A DNA stretch of 64,000 nt from Spirogloea muscicola (Eukaryota): NCBI GenBank assembly GCA_009602725.1, contig WELB01000028.1, positions 836,035 to 900,034 on the forward strand, read 5' to 3'. The notes under the pieces are model-generated. The model had not been told where the DNA came from, did no database searches, and was given only the letters and a program-made list of their open reading frames with translations. This document shows, piece by piece, positions 12,318-24,713 of the stretch. A program made the translations under genes and the position numbers. Positions within the stretch are counted from its first letter, which is position 1, and each line of letters begins with the position of its first letter.

Positions 12318-14209
12318 TCGCTTGGGCTCTGCTTTCTTGATCTCCACCTGCAAAATGAGCGTAGTCTCAATAACTCTGTGGCATCACAGAGTTTGTGGCT
12401 GGAGGCACTGCCATCCCTTCTCCAGCATGCTAGCAGGCAATGTCTGTAGGACTCCACCAGGATCGCTCACGGCCACACACACTGCAAGCACTTGTAGCCA
12501 AACAAACCCAGTGCAGGGCATGTCCTATGCAGGACCGCATGATTCTACCTGCTTGCCACCAAGCTCCTGCATCTTGCCCTGCGCCAGTATGTCCTCCACA
12601 CTTTGCTCCGACTCAAAGGTCACAAAACCAAAACCGCGCGAGCGGCCAGTGCTATGATCCTGCATGATCTGGTGCTCCACAATCACGCCGTACTTGTCGA
12701 AATGCCTCTTCAAGTCATCTACAGCACGCCCCAAATTGTGTCCGTCTCTCAACATCAAGAAGAGGCCCTATCGATCGAGCTGCAGCAGACGGGCATTGGC
12801 CACATGCTGCGATGGGCGAGGCTAAGCAAGCCCACCTTCCATGATGTTGGGTGGCAGGCCGCCAACAAATATTTTCCTAGTTTTGGGCCCGCGGGACGAG
12901 GCAGCAGTCATGTCCCCTCGCGGAACCGACTTCTTTGCCTCAACCTGCACATGATGATACCTTCGCTTGTCATGTACAGGAGAAAGAGCCATGCTTTGAC
13001 TGAACCAACTGATGACTGGTCTGAGCAAGTGCTGCATGTGTGCTCATCCCCTTCTCGGACGAAAAATCGGAAAGTAACAGCCGGAAGACTCAGCCTGCAT
13101 GCACGATACTGCTTTATTGGAATGGTCGAAAATGCTCACAGTCCGGCCATCAATGACATGCTTGTCTTGCACCACCCTGTCGCAAATGGCAGGGTCGGCA
13201 AAAGTGACAAAACCAAAGCCGCGAGGGTGACCAGTGGCTCGGTCCCTCATGATGACTGCGTCGGTAAGCTCCCCATACTTGGCAAAGTGTTCTGTGAGTA
13301 TTTCTGTGAAAGGCAAGGACAGAGAATGAGAAGCAGCAAAGAGGTGATGACCAGATCAAACCTGCATGTGAAGGACCTAGAGCACTGAGGGCATGGGCAT
13401 CATCGTAAGTCAGCGATGCAAAGGGCCCCAGTGGCAGCCAAGAAGACCATATGACTTATGAGGAGGGGGCTAACGACAGATACTTCCCTCCATACCCGTC
13501 CTGCCGAGTCTACGACGACCCTCCTGAGGTTGGCGCTCGCCAGCTACTGGGGGCAAGTCTGCGGGGGGCTACTCGAGGCTGGCACAGGCGCAAGCCCTGC
13601 AGCAGGCGAGCCTAGGCCGCTGCCTCTTGCAAGGCGGAAGCTTTACTGCTACGTGGGTAAGGGCGGTCTGGGCGTACCTGTGGTGGTCTCCCAGGACAGC
13701 CCCCCGATGAAGATCTTCCCTCTACGCCGTCATGGGCGGTGGCGGCGGCGAGGAGCGCCCGAGTGGGGGGGGGGAGGCGGCGGGGGGAGGGGCCCATGTG
13801 TTAGCTACGCGGCTCGCTATGGCGTCCATCCCACAACTCCACTACTGCCACTACAGCGGCAGCTGGCAAGTGCCAGCCCCGCGGCGGCGGCGAAGGCGGC
13901 GGCTGCGCTCAGGACTACTAACCCTGAACTGGCGCTGACCCCTGCCGACGACTCTGGCGCGCCGTTGTGGCCATGATCTAGCGCGCCGGCGCCGCCGCCG
14001 CCGCCGCCTAAAGGGCCGCTGCGGTGCTGCTGCGGCTCCGCCTGCTCGCCGTCGTGCTGCTGCTCCTCCTGCCGCTGCTGCTGGTACTGCTGCAACTGAT
14101 GGCCAATACCGCCGCCGCCGTCGTCGTCGGGGTGGTACGCCCCCTCCGCCAGCGGCTCCGGGCCCCCGCCGCCGGGGCCCTTGGCCCCGTACACGTCCTC
14201 GTCGGCCAT
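11812..14209 (-). CDS. hnRNP A/B-like (RBGD-type) protein: two RRMs plus Gly/Tyr-rich tail
   Basis: GKIFIGGLSWETT; RDRATGHPRGFGFVTF; KTRKIFVGGLPP; TGRSRGFGFVTF; VEIKKAEPK followed by GGYGG repeats. The stop is at 11874 if unspliced or at 11812 via an intron at 11837-11907. Confidence 0.9.
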
Positions 14210-14351
14210 GGCCGCGGGCAGCGCGCCGGCCGGCGCGGGCAGCGTCCTCTCGCGTCAGAGCCTCTGCGTGCTCGCCGACGCCGGCGACCCTGACGGCGGC
14301 GGCGGCGGCGGCGGCTGCGGCGGCGGCGGCGGGGGGGAGCGTGGCCGTGGN

Positions 14352-14392
<41 letters not shown>

Positions 14393-14622
14393 TCGTCGGC
14401 GGGGAGCGTAGCCGTGGCGGAGGTCCAGGGTATGAATGAGCCGTCTTGGTAGCGGTAACAAAATCGACCCCCATGGGGCCGCCGGGCTCCAGCGGCCGTC
14501 GGATGCGGGGAGCCGACGGCGAGGAAGCCGCCCACGAGGATGGGTGACCGTGGGGGGCGCTCCGGCGCTAGCGCCACGGTCGCCACCATGAGATACCGCT
14601 CATGGAGTCCGTCTGTTAGCGC

Positions 14623-14931
14623 CGGGTCGCTAGCGCAGGTGTACCGGATGCGCCTGGCCGTCTCGCTGCAGAGGTCTACGGCCCGCGCGCAGCACCTGCG
14701 TGCCGGCAGAGCCCTCGCTGCTGCCTCTGGTTCTGGCCAGGGGACCCACTTCCAGGAGCCTAGCTTCTCTGACCTGAGGCTGCTTAGCAGGGGTCACTGA
14801 GTGATACGTAGCTGCTTTGTTTCTTGCTGTGCTTGTTTTTCTTAGCGCTTCCCCTGGCCCCCTTGTCGTACTTTGTTCCTTCGTTTTTGGGCTAGCTTTT
14901 CCAGCCCCTATCCTCGAAGGGCGAGCCCTTT
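14623..14931 (+). mobile_element. 5'-truncated non-LTR retrotransposon copy (subfamily B) with 13-bp TSD
   Basis: Encodes GSLAQVYRMRLAVSLQRS..EPSFSDLRLLSRGH* plus the 3' UTR shared with other copies. Flanked by CGTCTGTTAGCGC at 14610-14622 and 14932-14944. Confidence 0.9.
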
Positions 14932-15659
14932 CGTCTGTTAGCGCTTGCCGGCCCGTTCCGAGACTGTACAGTCATTCTGGGTCTGGGCTGGCCTTCGCCC
15001 CCCTCTGCAAGTCATCTGCTACTACATGAACTTGACATGAAGAAGCAGCAGCTCTTCTATTCTTCTTTTGTCTGGGCTGGCCTTTCCCAGCCTCCGCCCT
15101 CTCCTGGAAGCGTCTTTCTCGTTCTGAAGGGGGTGATGGCTATGAGACCTTTGTCCGTTATTCTTGGGCTGGCTTTTCACAGTCCTCGCTACCCTTGCGA
15201 CTTTGTGTGTCAGCCTGCTTGCAGCGAGCTCAGGCTCATGCTTTGCACTAGAAATCTGGTCGAGCCTTAGCTGGTAGCACGGGAGCTTGTCAAATGACGT
15301 CCGGAATTCGGGCATCAGTTAGCGACCTCTATGTGCTGACTCGTGGTGTCTGAGCGGGTCAGCTTAGCAGCAGGTGATGAAGGATGGCCCGTGTACCTGG
15401 CGCGCTCATCCAGAAGGCAGTAAATGGGGTGATGGCCGTGAAATAGAGAAGGCGCAGTTGTGCGCATGGATTAAGAGGAAGGCTAGTCACCCCAATACAC
15501 TATTCAAATGCTAGTGCAAAGACTGCTAGTGGTAATACTGGGCTACGCAACAGCGACGCCCTATGCTAAGAGGGGCTAAGGTAACTGTGCAGAAAGCGGC
15601 TGAATGGGGACACCGATACCCGCTAGTGAGCCGATACATTCCCTAAGCAAACTTTCTCA

Positions 15660-15900
15660 AGAAGGGGCAATGGCTGTGAAAGGTCAGCCCAAGAAAGAAT
15701 GGACAAGGTCCAAAGGGGACGGACAGCGCAAACACACATCTATGCACGTTGCTACAATAAACAGATGCTCAATAGATTCCAGTCAGCAGCCACAAGTCGG
15801 AGTAGCTTTCAGCCGGGAAAGTGTGACCACGACATGACTGGAAAGCAGAGCCAAAGCGTGGCCTATCCGCACATACAAATGTGACAGGCTACATTGGGAG
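15660..15900 (-). mobile_element. Old, degenerate 3' end of the same retroelement group
   Basis: Minus strand gives ..RIGHALA.. and FPAESYSDLWLLTGIY* (compare ASYSDLHLLTRGY*), then the ttgtccattctttcttgggctgacctttcacagcc core. Confidence 0.6.
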
Positions 15901-16151
15901 CCGGAACACCGACACGCTAACCAATGCACACTATTGTGCACTTACCAACAGCAGTGCCACTACGAGTTGGTACTCACATGGAAAGCCTGGGCGCAAGCTA
16001 GCTTTCCACTACACTTGACCATGACAAACAGGAGAGTGCAACGCGAAGCCACTTGATGCCTGGCAGTCTTATTTGCACAGCTACTTGTTGGGTGTGCAGA
16101 TGGCTTGGGCGTGTACAAATTGCTAGAAAAATCAGGCCAGAAAGTCCGACC

Positions 16152-18743
16152 TCAGCTCTTGCAGATTGCGTCCATCATATGCTGAAGCCACCTATCTAGC
16201 CCCTCCCCTGCTGCTGTCATGTTTTGCTCAAATCTAGCAATCGACTGGTCTGGATTGACCAATATCCTGGTCATTGTAGCATCAGCAACCTGTAGGGACG
16301 TTGCAGCCTGCTGACGTAATCGCCTAACAGCTGCTCCAGTTTGCTCTCGTTTCCTTGAAAGCTGTGAGGCCGTTTTGGACCTTATCACTTCATCGAGGCG
16401 AAATGTGTGGCCATCTGTACCTGCAGTGGCGCCTTTCGCTCTTTCAAGGCCTGCTTGCTGCACACTGGCTTGATCCACGCTGGGCCTGTCCAAGCCTTCA
16501 GGGGCGTTCTCTGCCACTCGCATGTCCTGATCTGCCAAGTTGTTGACACTCTGCTGCATCGAGGTGGCGCGCTGGCCTGCAAGTGCCCACAACGAGCCAA
16601 CGCTTGCAAGCAGCTCCTGCTGCAAGGATTTCCAGTTATCCAGCTTCTGCCGCAGGCTGGCCATCAAGCCAGCATCAGAGGGAGGCGCCTCCTGACCTCC
16701 TTGAGTGACGTTGCCAGGAGTCAAGCCAGAGCGGCTCGACAACACCCGCTCATTTGACCTTTGCAAAGCCTCTGCCGCAGAAGTCAGATGTTCAAGAGAC
16801 ACACGCATGTCCTCGGCATACAGACTTAGCAAGAGCTCCAACGTGTCATCCTGATGCTTCCCTCCTATTTCTCTTCCCTGTACCATTTCCTCACCCAATA
16901 CTTCCCCAATGGGAGCTGGAACGGGCATGTTAACACTTGAATCCCTCCTTGAGTTATCCTGCAGTCGTATAATGGCCTCCCTCAGGTCCTTCAATGTTAT
17001 GTCCACCATATCTGCCAGACGCGACAGGGAGTCTGCCTGCGCCAGCAGGGGTAGTACATGCATGTCACAGTCCTTAGCCGTGAAACCAATCTCATCCTGC
17101 CACGATTCCTTTTGATCGGCTACCCCCGCGTGCCCTCCAACGTCTGCTGCTCTGCAGTTCTTCCCAGTTCCTTGGTCAGCTACCAGTGTCTGTGACTCCT
17201 CCACACCTTCTGAAGAGTCTTGCCCTGCATACCCTTCAACATCTGCTGCCTCGGATACACCTTCAGCAGACTTGTCAGCTATTGCTGTTGATTCCACAAC
17301 TCTCTCATGCTCTGCGCATGAATGCCCTCCAGCATCTGCTTCCCTGAAGTCTGTGGACTGCTCTTCAGTGTCTTTGTCTAGTGACAAAGTCTGTGGCTGC
17401 TCAGCAACTTCCTCATGGTTCTCTGACAATTGGCCTATTCCTAGTGATAACAGCAGTCCAAAGTTCCTCATAGGTACCTTTGCATTACAACACAGGTCTT
17501 AGAGCATACCTTCTGACAGCACAGAGACAAGCCTTCCCAGCTGACAACGACACTTGTATCGAGATAGATCCTGGATGGAGACGACTCGAACAGCACATCA
17601 TACGCTGTCAGCTTTTTCCTGCTACAGGCAGGCGCCTCAATGGTACTCGTTGACGCAGTCAAAGCATGTAAACAAGGTTACAGACCACCAACCTTCCTCC
17701 TCTGCTTGCTGGGTATTCTCAGTGATATCTGCACTGAGGCACTGCCAACTCCTCTCATATATGCTTGCTTACTGCAAAAACTTGCACGATGCGCTCGTCC
17801 TCCCTTGCAGCGTGGACTTTCCAGACGTGTGGAGATCCTGCCATCACATGTCAAGGACATGGTTAGGCAGCATCAGGCACAGCATCCAGTGCAATACACT
17901 ACGTGGGCAATGATGCCTGCGTCCTACATGTTGATTCCACATATCTTGGCTGACTGACAAGAGAGTCAGCAGATGTATCACACTAGGAGGCTTGCAAGTG
18001 CTAGCAGCTCCATGTATATCTGGCAGAGCTCTCAAGATGCAACCTTTGTAGAATTCTCTTTGTTGCAGTGAAAGTGCAGCAGCTTCAATTACATTACTCA
18101 CATGCATGGGCAAGATCCATCACGTATGTTGCCCACAGAATTGGTATACAGTCCGCCATTTGCTGACTGAAGCTACTTTGAGAGCAAACTGGTATGTATG
18201 CATGTCGACTGTGGGGGCTGCTCACCCCGTCACATATGTACATGTCGGGTCGGAGGTGCTTGCCATGGCAATGATGTGCAAGTTTTCAGATGATCATGTC
18301 ACACCAGCATTACGTAGAGTGATCTCAGGTGCCTGCAGGTGGTGATCGTCCAAGCGGCCGACAAGAGTCAGACATCGCATCGGTTTGCCAGCACAAGAGC
18401 AGCGGCGCAGAAGCAGGCAGAAGACCGGTAGCCCTGTGCGGCGCCTCAGCAGCTGCGACGGCGGCAATTATACGACGCAGGCCCGCCCTTGACTTACAGG
18501 CAGCCGGGGATGGTCCGAGAAGCACGGAGACCCGATCGCCGGCCCCGAAGCAGCCGCCCCGGCTCGACGGGCAGCTCTCTTCGGCGGCCCGGCAAGCCTC
18601 TCTCCTGCAGCAGCAGCCCGGCGGGCGAGCCAGGCCGCAGCTGCGGAGCGGGAGGCTCGAGCCCGGCCGCCGCCGCCGCCGCCGCCGCCGCCGCTGCGGC
18701 CGCTGAAGCTCTCCAGGTACAGCGGGTTGTTCTGCAGTTGCAC
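16152..18743 (-). CDS. Hypothetical protein with acidic region and coiled-coil C-terminus (multi-exon)
   Basis: A 439-codon open terminal exon (16152-17471) plus plausible short upstream exons and a GC-rich first exon (MQLQNNPLYLES). No recognisable family. Confidence 0.5.
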
Positions 18744-19094
18744 AGTCCGCAGCTCCGCATCCTGTCGTCAAATTGGTGGTGGTGGGCTGCCGAGACGGCG
18801 TCTATCCTGGGCGCTCCACGACACGACAGCCGCTAGCCAGGCTGCGGGCTCAGGGTACGCAACATCGTACGCATCCCGGCGGCCGTGGCGCTCACCGCCT
18901 GGCCGACGACCGCGGCGCAGAGGATCATGTCCTTCCTTTCGGCGGCGACTCTCTTGTCCTCGCGCCGCCGCGCTCCCTTCCCCGCCGCCAACGCCACCGC
19001 CGCCGCCGCCGCTGCCGCCGCTGGTGTGATCGTCGGACTCCTCAGCAGGTCATGTGCTTAACTGTATGGCTGATGTCTGAGTCCTAGTCCTTTC

Positions 19095-19276
19095 GTACTC
19101 CGGCTCCTTCAGACCTTGTCCATTCCTTTGGGCTGGCCTTTCCCAGCTTGTTTTTCTTACCGCTTCCCCTGGCTCGTACTCTGTTCATTCTTTTTTGGGC
19201 TGGCTTTTCCAGCCCCTATTCTCAATGGGCGAGCACTTTCTTCTTTTCCCAGCCACCAGTCAATCTGGCCGCGCTT
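19095..19276 (+). mobile_element. Retroelement 3' UTR (subfamily C) interrupted by a subfamily-B 3' UTR
   Basis: The flanks match 29343-29418. The insert at 19148-19244 matches 14832-14931 and is flanked by TTTCCCAGC direct repeats. Confidence 0.8.
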
Positions 19277-19562
19277 NNNNNNNNNNNNNNNNNNNNNNNN
19301 NNNNNNNNNNNNNNNNNNNNNNNNNNNNNNNNNNNNNNNNNNNNNNNNNNNNNNNNNNNNNNNNNNNNNNNNNNNNNNNNNNNNNNNNNNNNNNNNNNNN
19401 NNNNNNNNNNNNNNNNNNNNNNNNNNNNNNNNNNNNNNNNNNNNNNNNNNNNNNNNNNNNNNNNNNNNNNNNNNNNNNNNNNNNNNNNNNNNNNNNNNNN
19501 NNNNNNNNNNNNNNNNNNNNNNNNNNNNNNNNNNNNNNNNNNNNNNNNNNNNNNNNNNNNNN
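19277..19562. other. Assembly gap (N run)
   Basis: Run of n bases. Confidence 1.
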
Positions 19563-19622
19563 CCCGGCCCGTCCGGCGGCCAGAGTGGCCCTGCCGCTGC
19601 GGCTGCCGCGCCGCCGCCGGCC

Positions 19623-22600
19623 ATGGCGACGGCGGCGGCGGCGACGCTCTACTCTAGCTCGCCGCCCGCGTCGTACGCCAGGGCGCACGTCGCGCCCCCC
19701 GCCCCGCCTCCTCACCCCTCGTCGGCGCCCGCGGAGCTTGAGTTCCCGCTTGGTCCCAGCCGTGCGGCCAGCCGAAGCCGGTCGTCCACGCCGGTGCGGG
19801 GCGGCCTCTCGTCCTTCTTCGGCAGCGGCACCATCAAGAACATCCCTCCGTGCGCCGGCACTGCAGACCACGTCAAGTCTGCGCCCTCCTCTGCGCTCTA
19901 TGGCTCCTCCCCCATCGCCGATGGGGCAGTGTCCACGTCGAGGGACTGTGGCGAGCGGAGGGTCAGCAGGGCAGTCTCCATCCCGGTCGCCACATCTTTC
20001 TCCAGCAAGGATAGGAGCCCCGCGTCGGTACTGCATGGAGTGGACAGCAGCAGCACTGCAAGCGGCAGCAGGCAGCCGTCCCCCCTGCTCGGCGGTGCTC
20101 CTATCTGGGAGATGACCAGGCATGCCAGTCTTCCCCAGCAGCAGGAGAACCTCTTCAAGAAGCCCACTGGCTTCACCTACTCAGCCGGTGTGGCAATCAG
20201 GCCTGCCAGGTCTGGGGACAGCCCCCCGCAGGTTCACATCACAGATGTCTCGGCCGCAAGGGATAGACTGCTCAGGCTGCTGGAGCAGGACGACCCTCAG
20301 AGTATTCTCGTTGAGAGCCCTCCTTTTTCCCCCGCCAAGAATCCCGCAGAGAGGGACCAGTTGCGGCTGATGGATGCGCAGCGGCGTCATGCCATCTTCA
20401 ATGACCCGCTCGTGATAAAGGCTTTCAATGTTGCAGCTAGTGCACATCAAGGACAGGTGCAGTTTCTCTTACACAAGCACGTGATAGTGTGGTGCTTGCT
20501 TACTGCATACGCCATGTTGGCAAGGCACATATACTGGCCACTGTTGTCATTGTTAAGAAGTCCTATTTACGGTGCCGCATGCTATGTACTAACGTGGCGA
20601 ATGTTTGCAACAGGTCCGTCGTAGTGGTGACCCTTACTTATCTCACTGCGTGGAGACAGCTATGGTCCTTGCACAGTCTGGCTGCGACAAGATAGTAGTT
20701 GCTGCTGGCCTTCTACATGACACTTTAGATGACTCCCCCATGACAGAAGTTCAACTTCAGGAGATTTTTGATACGGAAATTACAAATCTTGTGGCAGGGG
20801 TGAGATGCACGGGCCATCTATGTGCACGCATGTATGCATGTCATGGGTGCGTGGAAGTATCCAGTCCCAGTTGCACAGAATATTGGATGTTGTTGCTCTG
20901 AGATTCTGAGGTGCGTAGAATGTTGTTGATCATGTGATGAATGCAAACCAACAAAGTTACTCATTGTGCATGTTTGACATCATGCAGATCTCCAAACTCA
21001 GCATGTTCAGCCAGTTGACCAGAGACAGTGAGACAGTCTTTGATCCAGAGGAGGCTGATCGGTTGCGGAATATGTTCCTTGCCATGGTGGACGTGCGAGT
21101 GGTTCTGATCAAGCTGGCGGACCGACTGCACAACCTGCGCACGCTGGATGCACTTCCACTTGCCAAGCAGATTCGTGTTGCCACAGAGTCCCTGGAGACA
21201 TTTGCACCGCTGGCGAATCGCCTTGGCATATGGAGCTGGAAAGCAGAGATTGAGGATATTTGCTTTGAGCACTTGCATGCGAAGGTAATAGACAAATATT
21301 ACTTTTGCAGCCGCCTTGACTATGGACAGGTGCATTTGCCAAATTGGCATTTGCCAATTTCCCTCTGCCAATTCCCCTCACTATGTAGAAACAGATGTTC
21401 TCATATCTGGTCCGTTGTTGTGATTGCAGGAGCACAAAAAGCTGTCATCGGTAGCTGCTGCAATAAACAGCGAAGCTACAGTGATGCAATCCATTCGGAA
21501 CTTCCATGAGGCACTGGAAGGAGCAGATGTACAGATTGATGACCTTTGTGGCCGCCCAAAGAACCTCTACAGCATCTACAAGAAAATGAAGAGGTACGCT
21601 GAAGGGCATGCTCAGCTGCTCAGCACACATGAGCAGTCTGCACTCGCAATTGTGGCTTCTCTGCAACCTGCTGGAACGAGCCATAAATCGTGTCTTGATG
21701 GGTTTAGCCCCCCAAGTCATCCTCCTGTTGCATGTGGCAGATTCTCTGGCATTATAGCTTGTTGTCTTCTCATACTTTCCTCGTTTCTGCACTGCAGCAA
21801 ACAGCGCAAGATTGAGGAAATCTACGACGTTCGAGGGGTTCGCCTCATTGTCCCCGACAAAGAGAGTTGCTATGCGGCACTTGACGTTGTCAGAGGACTT
21901 TGGCAAACTGTACCGTCACGATCAAAGGACTACATCAAGAATCCCAAGCCTAATGGGTGAGTTGAGTACTATTTATCGGTCAGGCCGAACATTTTTCTTC
22001 CATAATCGTCAGGGGTTGCTTACGTGTCTTCAGCAAGCTGTGCAGGGCTGATATGACAGAGTCCGGTTGGCTTGGACAGGTACATGTCGCTGCATGAGGT
22101 CGTGCTTGCAGAAGATGGCAAGCCCTTGGAGGTTCAAATCAGGACAAGAGACATGCATCACCAAGCAGAGTTTGGAATGGCTGCACATTGGCGCTACAAG
22201 GAGGGCCACAGTGAGCAGTCCGCGCATGTTCTGAGAAAGGTATTGAAGATAAACACTTCCAAAAGGCGGCAATCTTGGCATGCCGTGGTTTAATTTGATC
22301 AGCTTATGTTGCTATTGGTCTTGCATGAAGCGAAGAGCTTTTGACGATGCAACTTGATTTATTTACCTATTTTCATGGACTGCCCAAACATGCAGGTCGA
22401 GTGGGCACGCTGGATCCTGACCTGGCACAATGAGATGTTAGACATGAAGTACCGCCTCTTGCCTGCTGTAACAGACCTTCGACCTCCATGCCCTTTCCCA
22501 ACACACTCTTCCGGCTGCCGATTCAGCTCACTTGCTTCACCCGAATCAAACTCAGCCAACAACTCCGACCCAGTGTTTGTCATCATCATGAATGGCGACA

Positions 22601-23378
22601 ATGTCAGTCTCAAACCCATGCCTCCACTTCGCTTGTCCTTCATTTCACGGATTTATTGAGCTGCCGCTGCTAAGCCACTGGGTTGAATGCTGTTACCACT
22701 GCTTCTGGTCGAGATGTTCTTCCACTCCTGATTGAAGGCCTGTATCAGTGACAGCTGTACTCCGTCCTTTGCTCTGCGACTCGCAGATGGCTGTGAAAGA
22801 GTTGCCCCTAGGAGCCACTCCAGCGGAGCTCCTAAATGAGAAGATTCATCAGGAGCACCTGGATCTGTCCAACAGCATTGTTCGACCTCTGGTCAATCAC
22901 GAATTCGTTGACATGGAACAAACGTTACGCATGGGTGATGTTGTTGAGCTAACAGGTACACAAGAACTCGTGTTTATGAATTTGCTAGAGACTTGCACAT
23001 GTATACATGATGGAGATCAAAGCCGTTGCGTACATTGGTGTTGCGGTGTGGCTCATCTGCCTCCCCAGTTTTCCTTGCTGAATGTCCTGATGGTAGGGTG
23101 CTTGTTATACAATGCTTGATTGGCTAGGGTCATAAGTTCTCATCAGCTGCCAGCTTATCAATGCCAGCTCTGTGCACTTCTGCGTTGCAGTGGAGGAGCT
23201 AGATGTTGCCGAGCCCGACTTCTTCTTGCCTTGCTTGCCAAAGCATGTGGATGATGCAGTGGAGGGAGCCCGGGGTCTCCTGATAGACACTGCGGCCGTG
23301 GATATTGAGAGGCAACGCCTGGTCCGATGGTACAGTGGCGACCTCGACTGTGCCGTGCCTACCAATGTAGATTGCTAA
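19623..23378 (+). CDS. RSH2/RSH3: RelA/SpoT homolog, plant RSH2/RSH3 type ((p)ppGpp synthetase/hydrolase), probably plastid-targeted
   Basis: Ser/Pro/Ala-rich N-terminus; HD domain [11 protein letters not shown]...[25 protein letters not shown]; synthetase [57 protein letters not shown]-terminal LRPPCPFP and MGDVVELT. Confidence 0.95.
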
Positions 23379-24713
23379 CCTAGGAGTCATGACGGAGCTC
23401 TGTGCAGCATCAAGCTCACATTGTGAAGTGCACATGAGCCCTGTCAGTGATGTTGGCCGAAGGTTCCTAACAGCACATTGACAATTTCGCCGGGGCATTG
23501 CCCGGTGCTACATTCTTTTGGAGCTCAGTACTCAGCCGATACATGGCAGGACCTGCACAGAGGATGGATTGCAGCAAGTGCAACCCTGAATCCTGCACTC
23601 CAGTCCCGGCCTGCACTCATTTGGATGCATTTGTTAGACATGTACATATGTAGCAGAAGCAGGTTGCATGATGCCAGTTTAGCAGTGGCAAGGCCTACAG
23701 GTGGCAAGACCACCGCCGTGTAGTGGGCAAGTGGTCTCTTAAAGCTGCTGTCAGGTTGTGTTGCAGCTACTTGTACATAGTGGTGGCGTTCAGCTGACCT
23801 TACTCCATTGAACTTAAACGCTCACTGCAGTTTTTCAACTTTCGCTTTGTGCTGCGCAATGTCTACATCCCTTCTACTGCGTTGTGCGTTTGTGGCTTGA
23901 GTGTCTCATTTGAGCAAATCACATAATGTGGTCCAGTATGTGATGCAGTCAACTGCAGTCCACTTGTCAAGATTGGATAGTGTAGAACACACTTGTCATG
24001 TAGGATCTATGAGGTAAAGTTCTTGTTATGTTGCCCTTGTAGTGGAACTAGGTTACCTGTCAAAGGCTGCTTGAACCACATGTTCTAGGCTGAAGTTCAC
24101 TTGTACGTAAGGTCTGCCTCTGATGCTGAACACAAAAATCTCGATCTAATGCAGACTGCCTGGAGCAGCCTTCTTTGTGACGGACAGGCTTGCACTTGGG
24201 CCTGTGGGCTGGCAACATGGGCCACTACTTGGTCTTTTGAATACGCCACTAACACATGCAAATCAGCAGATCATTGCCCTGCTCAAAACCCCTCCGTGTT
24301 GCCTCTGTCAAGGTTGCATTCTACTTCACAACTGCAATCCTCCGCTGACGTTTCTGCAGCTACATGAAAAGCAGAGGATGTAGACTTGTGTGTCTCTGAC
24401 ATTTAAGTTTTTCACCCTAATGTGGTCAATGGTCATATGAGGTAACATTCAGGTCACTGCTTTGGTGGTCTGCCATTTGTGGAAGGATTCACCAGCAGGT
24501 TGCAACGTTGCATGCCATCATTCACTCGTGCAAACAGAGCTGTGGACACATTAGGGCATCCTTAGGCTCTTCTGCAGTGTGATGGAATCTGCTGGAATTG
24601 TGATGAAGCTGTGATGAACGACTCGCATTATGCAGCACTTGTAGTCACGGTACAGCAAAGCTGTTACTCAGCAACTCGAGTAAGCAGCATATGGTCAGGC
24701 TACTCACATCTTC

